A stretch of DNA of 64,000 nt from positions 9,339-73,338 of the forward strand of contig CAXXHG010000020.1 in assembly GCA_963666315.2 (NCBI GenBank), in the 5' to 3' direction. Positions 40,708 to 51,110 of this stretch are shown here, one piece after another. Under the pieces are notes generated by a model. It was not told where the DNA came from. It saw only the letters and a program-made list of their open reading frames with translations, and searched no databases. Position numbers and translations under genes: made by a program. The number at the start of each line of letters is the position of its first letter. The first letter of the stretch is position 1. This DNA comes from Candidatus Binatia bacterium. GTDB taxonomy: Bacteria; Desulfobacterota; Binatia; Bin18.

Positions 40708-41980
40708 TTGGTTGAAAGTCCGATCAACCGGATATTGCAAGGAAGAACGAGTCTCCAGTTGGGCGAGCATACCGCCTTGCTCACCCGTGATAGCAAGGAG
40801 CGCGCGGTGGACGGGAGCGGTGCGCCGATTTACAGCGCAGACGGGAAGCTCAAAGGCGCGGTCATGGTTTTTAGCGATGCCACCGAGCAACGGCGCCTAG
40901 AGGAAGAGTTACGTATGGAAGCCCTGGTGCTGGAAAGCATGGCCGAAGGTGTTCAGATGGCAACCGAGGAGCGTATTATCTGTTTTACCAACCCGGCCTG
41001 GGATGCGATGTTCGGCTATGAACGGGGAACGTTGGTGGGACAGCATGTGTCCGTCCTCACGGCCGATCCCCCGGCAGAGCGTGCCCGGATTGCTGCAGAC
41101 ACCAAGGCACAGTTGCAGCGCGAGGGAGTGTGGATCGGTGAGTTTTCCAACTGCCGCAAGGACGGCAGTCAATTTCTATCCGCGGCCCACATCAGTGTGC
41201 TGGAGGAGATGGATAAGCACTACCGGGTATCGGTTCAGCAAGATATCACCGAACGCAAGCAGGCCGAACGAGAACTGCGCCGGGCGAAAGATTCAGCCGA
41301 AGCTGCAGACCGAATAAAGTCCGAGTTTTTAGCCACAATGTCGCATGAGCTCCGCACGCCTCTCAACGTCATCCTCGGGTATGTCGATCTGCTGCTGGAT
41401 GGGGCCTTCGGCGATCTGATCGATGAGCAGACGGAATGCGTCCGAGCCGTTTGAACTGATCGCTGCCATGCCGGAGTTGAGCCAGCTTGAGGCTGGTCGG
41501 TTACCCATAGAGATTCAACAGGTGCATCTTCCTGAGCTGCTGACAGAGATTCGAGCCGAGATCCAGGATACGCAAGAGCGGTCTAATATAGACTTTGAGG
41601 GGAAGATCGAAGCCGATCTGCCCCTCCTCCAGACCGATCCGGGCAAGCTGAAAATCGTTTTGAAAAACTTACTCAGCAACGCCATCAAGTTTACAGAACA
41701 GGGCCATATCACGATCGAGGTCCGCAGGGACCAGAGAGGAGTGGAGATTAGCGTGAGCGACACCGGTATCGGCATTCCTCAAGAGGCGCTCAGCCTTATT
41801 GTTGACCCCTTTCGTCAAGTCGACAGCTCAGCCACCCGCCAGTATAGGGGGACGGGCCTGGGACTCCATATTGTAAAACATCTCCTGGACACCTTGAGCG
41901 GGGAAGTGCGGGTGGAAAGTGTGGTCGGACAGGGCTCAACCTTTCACGTGAAGATGCCAACCCTCGCAACCCTCCCGACC
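40708..41980 (+). pseudogene. PAS sensor histidine kinase, broken between HisKA and HATPase
   Basis: PAS/PAC; [14 protein letters not shown] in ORF 40708-41454; NLLSNAIKFT, DTGIGI and GTGLGL in a different frame (41423-); start and linker appear deleted. Confidence 0.8.
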
Positions 41981-42194
41981 CGCGATGCCCTGGGGACATT
42001 AGGCTGCGACCCGACATTTTGCTCGGCCTCGCCCCAGACCTCCACTGCGCTGACAGGTCACTCTTCCGACGGCATGCAGCAGCCTGCTCCCTCTAGATCG
42101 TTGCAACGGACGTGTCTCGGTGCGAGTCCACACCCGCTTGCCGTTCAGCTCCTAGTGTGGCAATAGTCACAGGCGCAAGGAGCGCAAGGAGCGT

Positions 42195-42920
42195 ATGATG
42201 CACATCCCGCACGAGGCGTATCCGCCTGGATTTGCCGAATATCTGCAACCCCTGCTCGATGCCCGCCTGCGCTTTCTCGAAAACATGTCGGCAGTCGAAA
42301 AACGCATCTGCCACGGCATCATTGCCTCCTTTCCGCAGCTCGGACGAGGACCAACGGCGGCCGAGCTGGCAGAACGTACGACTCTCTCTCTAGATCATGT
42401 TGTGACTACGCTTACCCACCTGAGTACGCGTGACATGCTCAAATATGATGCGAAGACGGGCTGCGTTATTGCCCTCTACCCCTTCTCGGATGTGCCGTGT
42501 CCACATCAAGTTCAACTGGCCGGTACACAACGCCTGTACGCCATGTGACCCGGCGGAGCGATCGCCCTTCCCATCGTGTATGGGCCAGGAACCTCAGCAA
42601 CTGTTTTTTCTGAATGCACCCAGTGTCAGGCACCGATTCAGTTCGATATGACCGTCACCGAAGACGGCGCAGTAAGTTCCGCAGCGTCTACCGAAACCTT
42701 GCGCGAATGGGATCCTGTGTTCATTGATGCAGACCATACTCTACCGCATCTGCTGGATGGATTTTGACTCCGCGTGCAGTTCTTCTGTAGCGAAGAACAT
42801 TTCACCCAGTGGAAAACTGAGAATCCTGACGAAGAAGGATTTCTGATTACGTTCAGTCAAAGCGCACGGATCTGTCAGTCCTTCTATGGCGGCCTGTTAG
42901 AGACGTGTCGCAATCTATAG
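42195..42920 (+). CDS. Organomercurial lyase MerB-like protein with two predicted selenocysteines (TGA 42546 and TGA 42765)
   Basis: One frame of 242 codons: wHTH, ALYPFSDVPCPHQV, LYAM-U-PGGA, ECTQC, DGF-U-LRVQFFCSEEH...W; ends TAG 42918-42920; hairpins follow both TGAs. Confidence 0.78.
42566..42589 (+). promoter_or_regulatory. Candidate SECIS for the first UGA of the MerB-like gene
   Basis: CCCAU-cgugu-AUGGG stem-loop at +22 to +36, extendable by CCU/AGG. Confidence 0.45.
42779..42798 (+). promoter_or_regulatory. Candidate SECIS for the second UGA of the MerB-like gene
   Basis: Perfect 7-bp stem GUUCUUC-uguagc-GAAGAAC at +12 to +31; loop G at +20. Confidence 0.65.
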
Positions 42921-42968
42921 TGGAGTCTGGATCTTTCTCATATGCCTGAAGTAAGGAGTACATTATCC

Positions 42969-43646
42969 ATGGTCCATTTACTCATTGCCCTCAAACGCAA
43001 AGACGGTCTCAGTCGAGCTGATTTCTCTCGCCATTGGCGCGAAATACGTGCTCCGCTTGCCAAGCAAATGCCGGGGCTACGGCGTTATATTTAAAATCAT
43101 AGTCCGACTATCCTGAGCCGTAGACTCGCCTATGATGGCGTAGTGGAAATCCGGATGGATACTGAAGAGGCCATCACAGCCGCCTTTAATAGTAAGGAAT
43201 ACCGTGCTGGCGCGTACGCGGATGAACCGAACTTTGCAAATGTCAAAGACGTCGTTCGTCTTGTCACCGAAGATCATGTCCTGCACGCAGGTGAGGAAAG
43301 CAGCAGCCCTGAGCCGCGTATCAAACGGCTTTCTTTTATTAAACGGAAACCAGAATGGGACCGGGACGAGTTCTTTCGATACTGGAAAGACATACACGGC
43401 CCGATGGCGCTCGCGATGCCCGGCCTCCAACGTTAGGTGCATTGCCACGCCCTGCCCTCTGCGTATGAAAAGGGCGAGCCGCAGTACGACGGTGTGGCTG
43501 AGCTGTGGTTTGATACGCTTGGCGATCTCAACTTTACCCTGGCACGAGAAGAGTACAAAGAAGGCGCTCGGCCCGCTGGTCTCAAGTTCGTCGATCCAGA
43601 CAGTATGCTGACTCTCATCACTGAGGAATATCGGATCGTGTACTAA
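42969..43646 (+). pseudogene. Tandem EthD-domain protein with two premature stops
   Basis: MVHLLIALKRKDGLSRADFSRHW...LRRYI-TAA-NH...YDGVVEI; second domain KRKPEWDRDEFFRYWKDIHGP...LQR-TAG-VHCH...YDGVAELWFD; all one frame. Confidence 0.8.
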
Positions 43647-43800
43647 ATCAACAAAGCCTTTTGCCTCAATTAAGTCTTTCCTCCAAACTCCCGAAAATAG
43701 TCAATGAAGAGGGACTCCACTCCTGCCTGCCTGTTGTTCCGTCTCCTCCGGGGCTGTTCCTCACAGCAGAACTCACTCGATAAGGAAGGACGGCCATTTT

Positions 43801-44606
43801 ATGCGCATCATCGCTGCGGATACAGGCATACCGTACGAGCTGAATATAGGAGATAGGGTCGAGTTAATTGGTTCGATTCGTCTCTACAATGGTGGCAAGA
43901 TTATCCACGGCCCAGATACAGGTCGCATCATGGACATCCGCGACAAAATCGAGCGTTTAGCTATTAAATGCCAGCAGGCACGATTTGGCGGCTGGTATGC
44001 CGCCAAAGATCTCGCCCGAGTCGCAACGTTGCAAACACCCGGCACCGCCTCAAAAAAGCAAATGCGGCCCAACACACACCGCTCAGCCCAAACCGAACCT
44101 TTCAGGTCGGAGATCGCATCCAGGCCGGCCAGGCCATCTACAGCCCAAGCTGCGGCGTGACAGTCGGCAAAGGGACTGCAGGCAGTGTTGTGTGGGCCGG
44201 ACGGCAATCCGTCTCTGTTCGCTGGGATAACGGGCCAGAATTCGTCTACGTCAATCCGGCACTCTTAACACCAAGTTCGGGCCAAGCAGTGCAAAGCGCT
44301 GCTTCAGCCCAAAATCCATCTCAGCAAAGGACCTCTGCACAGCCACCTCCTCTCGCTGGCCAGGAACGCCGGCGACTCAGTCAGGGCGAGATCCTGACGT
44401 TTCAATCCATCCAAGAATTGCTCATGGCGCTTGGATTTTCTGATGATCAGAAAACCGGGGAAATGCGTAATCCACAAACCACCCATGCTATTTCCTTTTC
44501 AGCCATTGCGGGTCGTTCGGTAGGCGAGTTTGTCCGCCAAGGTGTAAAGGCTGGCTGGTTGAAAGACTATTTCAAGCCTGACGCAGAACGTGACCTTGCA
44601 GCGTAA
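43801..44606 (+). CDS. Hypothetical protein with two SH3-like barrels, probable frameshift in an A-run near 44055
   Basis: ORF 43801 (LNIGDRVE...) continues plausibly into ORF 43968-44606 (FQVGDRIQ...GSVV...VSVRWDNG). Confidence 0.5.
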
Positions 44607-44662
44607 GTCGCAACGTAAGTTGCCGCATAAGTTGATTGAGGAATCTCGAAAGAGTCGGTACT

Positions 44663-45097
44663 TCACCCCGCCACAATCCCTAGCCCTGACACAAGGGCTG
44701 AAATCAGGGCACACAGCGGAGAGTAGATGAGCGTATCCCGACGGGCAAACTCTGAGTCCCGAACCCGCTTAAAGAAACCAAACAGGCGAAAATCTCCAAT
44801 TGCTCGTGCAAAGAAAACGACGGCGAGTACCCAGACTTCGCTAGAAGGAATCCAAACCGGCAAGCCCACGTTTATAACGCCTACCCTCCACAAGCATACG
44901 ATGCCCGCGATAAGCAGAGCACAGGCCACGACTATAGTCGGCAAACGTCCAGGGCTAAATGTCGGTTTTCCATCCACACTTGGGATAACGCCGTCTAAGC
45001 CCCACTTCTCGCCAAAAGCCCAATACCAGTGCAGGGCTGACAGAGCTTAAAATATAAATGTAAGCAGGCTCGCTATGAAGACGGCTTGGGAGACCAT
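44663..45097 (-). pseudogene. DUF3995-like membrane protein with premature TAA
   Basis: MVSQAVFIASLLTFIF-TAA-ALSALHWYWAFG...RAIGDFRLFGFFKR...FARRDTLIYSPLC. Confidence 0.75.
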
Positions 45098-45137
45098 GGG
45101 TGTGTTCCCCCGCGGCCCAACAGGTAGTTCATGCGCA

Positions 45138-46274
45138 TTACGACCGCGCTGGCAGACGGACGACACCAGTACTCAGCACTGACAGTTCCCCATCTTGATT
45201 CTTTGCGTTCTGTTCAACTTCGACGTGATGCTGGCCGTCTTCCACAAAGATCCGGGAGACCTCGCCATTGATGAAGAGCGTATCTCCGACTGGATTATGG
45301 CGGCGGATCTTCACAGAAATATTTCGCAGGAAACCATCGTCTCCGATCCAGTCAGTGAGATGATGGGACATCCATGACGTACGCTCAGGCCCGTAGTCAT
45401 AGGCTTCAGGCGTACCCACACGCTGGGCCAGATCCGTATCCCAGTGGACGCGCTCAGGCACGTCGGGAATGCCGAAACGATCAGGAATGCCAAGCCCAGG
45501 ATGTTTCCGAAGCTGTTTCCAGGCCAGACGATTGGCCCGAATATACAGCCCGCCCCAGCCCTGGGCATAGGCGATAAAACCCGTGACCGTCATCGGTCCT
45601 TTCACCATAGTAGACAGCTTGTCCCCGACTTTGACATCTTCGATATAACGCGGCGTTGCCCCGCGCACCTCTTCTTGCGCGTACTGGTCGAAGATCTCAG
45701 CGATTTGTTCACGCGAGTAGGAAACCTGCCCTCGCTGTTTGACTTCGGTATACTTTGTCCCGCGTTCACGTGCGGCATCGCGCTCGGTGCGGAAACACCA
45801 GCTGTCGCCCTCCACAACTAGTTCGCCATGCTGGTTGTAATAATCAACGTGATAAATCTGCTGGATGGCCCGACCCGCAAAGCGTGTCTCGTGTTCGACG
45901 AGGTCCTTGAGATAGGCCTTGGTCGTAAAGACATCGTTGCGAAACATCAGCTTATGCCACGTCAGGTCCGCGCCTGCCCACATGGCATGAATGCCGGGCA
46001 GGCCGCCAACGTAACCACTCAAAATGCGGTTGAGCGGAAAGACAAACGACGGCGGGGCAATGATCCGGCCGTAGCGTCCCTGAGCCGCATACTCCGGGTC
46101 GCACCACAGCGGGTTATCATCCCCAATCCCGTGCGCGTAGTGGCGGATATTGTCGCGCGTGGCCTTATAACACCACGGCTCCAAGGTGTCCTCAATAGGC
46201 ACATTAATGAGCTTGCGTAGTGTATCCAGGGCGTGATCAGTGATAAGGGCAAAGCGTTGTTCTGCTTCTGACAT
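45138..46274 (-). CDS. Double hot-dog MaoC-like acyl dehydratase
   Basis: IRHYAHGIGDDNPLW...IIAPP; second domain EDVKVGD...DWIGDDG...GDTL. Confidence 0.85.
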   Translation of the reverse strand: MSEAEQRFALITDHALDTLRKLINVPIEDTLEPWCYKATRDNIRHYAHGIGDDNPLWCDPEYAAQGRYGRIIAPPSFVFPLNRILSGYVGGLPGIHAMWAGADLTWHKLMFRNDVFTTKAYLKDLVEHETRFAGRAIQQIYHVDYYNQHGELVVEGDSWCFRTERDAARERGTKYTEVKQRGQVSYSREQIAEIFDQYAQEEVRGATPRYIEDVKVGDKLSTMVKGPMTVTGFIAYAQGWGGLYIRANRLAWKQLRKHPGLGIPDRFGIPDVPERVHWDTDLAQRVGTPEAYDYGPERTSWMSHHLTDWIGDDGFLRNISVKIRRHNPVGDTLFINGEVSRIFVEDGQHHVEVEQNAKNQDGELSVLSTGVVRLPARS

Positions 46275-46359
46275 GTCTTGTTTTTCTCCTCAGCGCGATA
46301 TGTGTATCAATTGTTCTCATTTTACGGAATCCACCCGGCCTCGTCTGGCCGGGATCACA

Positions 46360-47916
46360 TCAGGACCGCATTCCAGGCCGAATTCGCTGGTCCATACTCC
46401 GCAGGTCTCGTGCCTGGTCAAAAAGGCTGAAAAAGCGTTCGTGTACCCGTTCCTGTTCGGCGGCATTTGGCGCGGCTAGCAGGGTCACACCAATGCAGCC
46501 ACACGCATTCATTGCAACGCCGACCAGGCCGGCTTCAAAAATCCAGATATGTTGCGAGCCGGATAGCAGCATGCTCACAACGCCCAGCGTTCCAACGATG
46601 ATGCCCACGAATGCCGCTTTACACGAGAAACGCGGCCAGTACAGTCCTAAGATCAACGGCAAATAGAGCTGCATCAGAAATTCGAACTTAATGATCGTCA
46701 GCTGCCACAGGGTCGTAATAGGCCTGAGCGACAGACCCATTACGGCAAGCAAAATAAGAACAGTAAAAATCCGCCCGGCTTTGGCAATTTCATCCTCACT
46801 CGCGTGGGGACGAAAGAAATGACGATACACGTCGTGTGTCAGCATGGAGGACAGCGTGAGCAGAACGCTTGCGGCGGTTGACATGATTGCGGCAGCGGCA
46901 CCGACAAAAACCAAGACGACCACCCAGTACAGGTGGGTAATGTGTTGGCCCAGCAAATGGCCCAAGATCTGATCGGCCTGCAGTGTTTCCAATCCCTGCA
47001 GTCGGACGACGCCGACCAGGCCGATGAACACCACACACAGCATAATCAGAAAATAATTGGGCACCATCATCGCCACACTCCGGCGCAGGGCGCGTTCGGT
47101 TCTAGCGGCATAGACACTCTGGATAATTTGGGGATACATCGATCCGCCCAAACCAAAAACCAACGCGTACAGGAAATACGACCGCGTCAGGGCAGCATAG
47201 GAATCTGTGACTGCGACTTTCTCAGGTGCGATCTGAACCGCCTGGCGGATAACGTTTGCGATTCCGCCTTGTGCTGATACCAGCACCACGGCCGCCACAA
47301 TGATCGAGCCTAACAGCAGGCTGCCCTGGAGCACCTCAGCCCAGACCACGCCACGCCAACCGCTGAGTAATACATAGCCCAGCATGACCGTTGAGATATA
47401 CACCACACCGGTTGTGAAAGAGTACTGGCCATTCGTAAACCCGACAAAGGCATGGCCCATGCCTGTCGTCTGGATCATCAGATAGGGAATCACCGTCAGA
47501 ATCAGAAAACAGGCCACCACCAGCCGTAGCCTGCGGCTTTGGAAACGGTCAGCGAAAAAGTCGGCAGGAGTGAGATAGTCGTATTTTTTGGACAAGACAT
47601 ACAGGCGGGGAGCCTAGGACAGGAGACCCAGGGTAATCGCAAGGATGAAGGGGATAAGCATGACCGCCATCAAGCCGATCCGATAGGCTTGGCCGGGCAG
47701 GCCGAAGAAAGTATTGCCACTAAACTTGGTCGCCAACATGACGAAAAAGAGCACGACTGCGCCCGTCGTCTTGCCGCCCAGAAAATAGTCTCGGGCCGTC
47801 CACGTCTCGCCTGATCGATAGGCAAAGAAGCTGATCAAGAGATTGCTCAGCAGATACACAGACAGCAGAACGAGAGCACCAAAACCCAGACCTACGGGCT
47901 CAGCCGTGCTGCTCAT
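46360..47916 (-). pseudogene. Sodium:solute symporter with one in-frame TAG (47616-47614)
   Basis: DYFLGGK, ATKFSGNTFFGLPG, then LLS-TAG-APRLYVLSKKYDYLTPADFF...AAIMST; both ORF pieces share one frame (519 codons). Confidence 0.8.
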
Positions 47917-47922
47917 AACACC

Positions 47923-48177
47923 TTAGTCCGCGTCTTTGAGCACGTTTTCGTCCAGGACGCCGTCTTCATCAAGGATGAAGGGTGCTAAGCGCCAGTGGCG
48001 CAGCACGACATATATGGTGAAGCCGTTCAGCACCAACGAAGCGCTGAGAGTCAGCAAAAACCAGAGCGGAATGCCGAAGATCAGCGGCTGATACGTTCCG
48101 ACAAAGCCATACGGCACGCACAGGAAGAGTAAGACAGCAAAGATTGTCCAGATCCAGACGCGGGCGGGTTCTTTCAC
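47923..48177 (-). CDS. Small two-TM partner of the SSS transporter (DUF3311/DUF997-like)
   Basis: PLIFGIPLWF motif; immediately upstream of the SSS gene. Confidence 0.75.
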   Translation of the reverse strand: MKEPARVWIWTIFAVLLFLCVPYGFVGTYQPLIFGIPLWFLLTLSASLVLNGFTIYVVLRHWRLAPFILDEDGVLDENVLKDAD

Positions 48178-48950
48178 TCCAGCCCCGTATAATCAAATGT
48201 CATGGGCTCAATAGCACCAGCGTCGATAGCTTTGATCCGTGCATCCGAAAGCGGATAGCTGAACTGCTCATTGCGCATGTACAGCCGCTGCAAGAGTATC
48301 GCATGCGTCATGGCTGCGACTTCGTCCCACTCAGTCGAGGACAGGTCCTGGTGTGAAAGCCCGACAAAGCCGGAACGCATATGCCCGATCTCGTCGGTGT
48401 ACACGTGCTCGCACGCCTGAGCGATCCGGTCGTTGATCTCGCCCGAGCCGACCAGGCGCATGCCGGCAGAATACATGCTGCAGTAGCCGCCCTCGGTAAA
48501 CCGGACGGCAAAATAGCCCAGCTGGCCACGCTTCTCACGGTATTCATATCGGCTGCGCGCCAGCTCATGATCAGCCTCCCAGCCGGTGAGTTGCTGGGGG
48601 TCGATCTTTGTTACACTCAGCGCGTCGTAGATATCGGCAAACAAACAATAGTGAAAGAATTCGGTCCTCAGGTCATCGATCACATTCAAAACCGCATGGC
48701 GGTCAATTTCGCGGTCGATCTTGTCGAAGACGTCACTCAGGTATGCCACGGGTCCCTGAAACAGGCCCTTTTTTTTATCGCCAACCCCGGAGCCCCAGAT
48801 TTCTTTGAAACACTGACGTTTCAGCCACAGCAGATCGGTCTCAGTCGTGCGCTGCGGACTTTGGAAATACGTCCAGACGACCTCTTCTTCTCCAGCCCAA
48901 TGAGGGGCCGCAAGATCAACCAAGCGTCTGAGGTTTTCGTTGACAGGCAT
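48174..48950 (-). CDS. Ferritin-like di-iron carboxylate protein
   Basis: Ligand pattern E...EFFH...E(GG)...DEIGH in a helical protein. Confidence 0.65.
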   Translation of the reverse strand: MPVNENLRRLVDLAAPHWAGEEEVVWTYFQSPQRTTETDLLWLKRQCFKEIWGSGVGDKKKGLFQGPVAYLSDVFDKIDREIDRHAVLNVIDDLRTEFFHYCLFADIYDALSVTKIDPQQLTGWEADHELARSRYEYREKRGQLGYFAVRFTEGGYCSMYSAGMRLVGSGEINDRIAQACEHVYTDEIGHMRSGFVGLSHQDLSSTEWDEVAAMTHAILLQRLYMRNEQFSYPLSDARIKAIDAGAIEPMTFDYTGLE

Positions 48951-48995
48951 GCATGCTTCCTTATTGTAGACGCGTGTCCTGCTCAGGGCATGCGC

Positions 48996-49700
48996 CTACG
49001 TGCGAGCGCCGTTCGCGTCTATCTTGTCACCCAGCTCACAGATGCCTTGATAGAATAGCTTTACCGCCGTCAGTGCGAGTTCCATGCCTTCCAGCACTTC
49101 AGTGCGCGTAGCGTCCGTCGTAACATGCCGGGAGATCGGCTCCCAGACTTTGCGGCCGGCGTGATCGTCATCTGCCTTGGTGTGGTAGGTAAAGAAAAAG
49201 ACTTGTTCGTCATTCAGGTTGTACGTCTCCCGCCACGCCGCAGCCAAGAAATTATGTTTGCCCGGCATGGCCGTGAGCATAAACTCATCAACCGAAGTCG
49301 CCAGCCAGCCGGCAACCCAATGTTTGGTCCGCGCAATATTTTCCCACACATTGAGTGCCACATCGACCAACGGAACGGCCCTAGTGGCATCCATATGTTC
49401 ATTCGTCAGCCCCACGTTGCGGCCCATTTCCCATAACAGGGTGGTATGCGGCTGCGAAATTTCGTCGTCAAAGACGAGTTCCTCACGCATTTGCCCTATC
49501 GTCTTGCGCACGATCGCCAGGTCGGGACAGCGGCTCATCCATGCCGGCCGAATCACCGAGCTGAATAAGCGGTTGCGCAGGATATGCTGCAAGATAAAAG
49601 CCTGGCCGCGTCCGTGGGTCAAGGGTCCAACAAACCAGGGCACCTCGGGGGCGATCCGGAGTGCACGATCACATATCTCATCTACCAGCGTGTTCGACAT
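48996..49700 (-). CDS. Heme-oxygenase-like di-iron protein (CADD/PqqC/TenA fold)
   Basis: REE...PH, a central E, and FFTYHTKADDDH matching the CADD-type HxxxDxxH motif. Confidence 0.7.
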   Translation of the reverse strand: MSNTLVDEICDRALRIAPEVPWFVGPLTHGRGQAFILQHILRNRLFSSVIRPAWMSRCPDLAIVRKTIGQMREELVFDDEISQPHTTLLWEMGRNVGLTNEHMDATRAVPLVDVALNVWENIARTKHWVAGWLATSVDEFMLTAMPGKHNFLAAAWRETYNLNDEQVFFFTYHTKADDDHAGRKVWEPISRHVTTDATRTEVLEGMELALTAVKLFYQGICELGDKIDANGART

Positions 49701-49742
49701 ACGATGTCCTCATTCCAGCTCTTCTGCCTGCCTCAGCGTTCT

Positions 49743-50909
49743 TCACGGCTGTCCGAGAATGGCCACACACGACACCGCTCCAGGACCGCCGACATTGTGC
49801 ACTAAGCCCAGCTTTGGATCTTTGACCTGACGCGGCCCAGCCTGACCCCGCAGTTGGGTGACAATTTCATACACCATGCGCACCCCGCTGGCTCCAATCG
49901 GGTGGCCGAACGACTTGAGGCCGCCACTCGGATTCACCGGAATATCTCCGTCCAACGCGGTCCGGCCTTCCTCAATCAGCTTAGCGCCCTCGCCTTTCTG
50001 AATGAAACCCAGGTCTTCGTAGTTGGTTATTTCGGTCCAGGTAAAGCAGTCGTGTACCTCAGCCACATCTATTTCCTTGAGCGGATCGGTGATCCCAGCC
50101 ATGGCATACGCCTGGGCTGCCGCGTGTTGGGTTGCCCGAAATCCAAGATAATCATAATTCGGGTCCATAAACGGCCGGCCACTCGTCACCGCCAGCCCGA
50201 CGCCTTTGACCGGAATATGATCAGGCCGGTATTTCCGCGCTAAATCGGCTCGACACACCACAGCGGCCGCTGCTCCATCTGTGGTTGGGCAGCAGTCGTA
50301 TAAGCCGAAGGGATACGCCACAATAGGCGCGCTGAGTACGGTTTCCGCAGTCACCTTTTTCTGCAAGTGGGCCTTCGGATTCAGCGAGCCGTTATAATGA
50401 TTCTTAACCGCTACTTTGGCTAAGGTTTCGCGGCTCAATCCGAACGTGTGCATATACCGCGTGGCAGCCAGAGCAAACAGCCCGGGTGCGGTTGAGCCGT
50501 CATGGTAGTAGGGATGAACGCCCTCACGGGCCAAACCACGGCCAGGACGATCCTTATATTTGTCGACGCCTAAGACGAGAGCGGTATCATACATGCCGGA
50601 CGCCACCGCGAGGACGGCGTGCCGAAACGCATCTGTGCCTGTCGCGCAAAAGTTTTCTACCCGAGAGATCGGCTTATTATACAAACGCAGCGCGTCACCC
50701 AACGACACCGCCGCTTTGCCATGGCCTTGCGCAGGCGAATACGTGCCCAACCAGGCAGCGTCAATTTCTTCAGGCGCAATACGGGCATCATGGAACGCGG
50801 CAAACGCGGCATCAACCGCCATGTCCTCATAGCCCTGATCAGAATTGTCGCCAAACTTAATGCAGCCTACCCCTATCACCGAGACTTGATTTTTCAGCGA
50901 CGCAGCCAT
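49743..50909 (-). CDS. Thiolase (SCP2/archaeal-type acetyl-CoA acetyltransferase)
   Basis: Motifs VENFCATG, KNHYNG, DCCPTTDGAAA, EVHDCF, GHPIGASG, HNVGG. Confidence 0.92.
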   Translation of the reverse strand: MAASLKNQVSVIGVGCIKFGDNSDQGYEDMAVDAAFAAFHDARIAPEEIDAAWLGTYSPAQGHGKAAVSLGDALRLYNKPISRVENFCATGTDAFRHAVLAVASGMYDTALVLGVDKYKDRPGRGLAREGVHPYYHDGSTAPGLFALAATRYMHTFGLSRETLAKVAVKNHYNGSLNPKAHLQKKVTAETVLSAPIVAYPFGLYDCCPTTDGAAAAVVCRADLARKYRPDHIPVKGVGLAVTSGRPFMDPNYDYLGFRATQHAAAQAYAMAGITDPLKEIDVAEVHDCFTWTEITNYEDLGFIQKGEGAKLIEEGRTALDGDIPVNPSGGLKSFGHPIGASGVRMVYEIVTQLRGQAGPRQVKDPKLGLVHNVGGPGAVSCVAILGQP

Positions 50910-51031
50910 AGCTTTTCCTCTTACCGGTACACCGGTGATACCGTTTGCTCCGGTACGCTGGTTGCCTGCCATCACAGCAGGTCCGAGATTATTACTGTTT
51001 GATGCCTATCATTTAGTATCCACACTGCTCG

Positions 51032-51110
51032 CCCTTCGACAAGCTCAGGGTGACCGGGAATAGGCTTGTCTGTGGGCTGCCCCGTTCGTGCTGAGCCCGT
51101 CGAGGCATGA
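51032..51110. repeat. Inverted pair of REP-like elements
   Basis: CCCTTCGACAAGCTCAGGGTGACCGG ... CCGTTCGTGCTGAGCCCGTCGAGGC. Confidence 0.6.
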
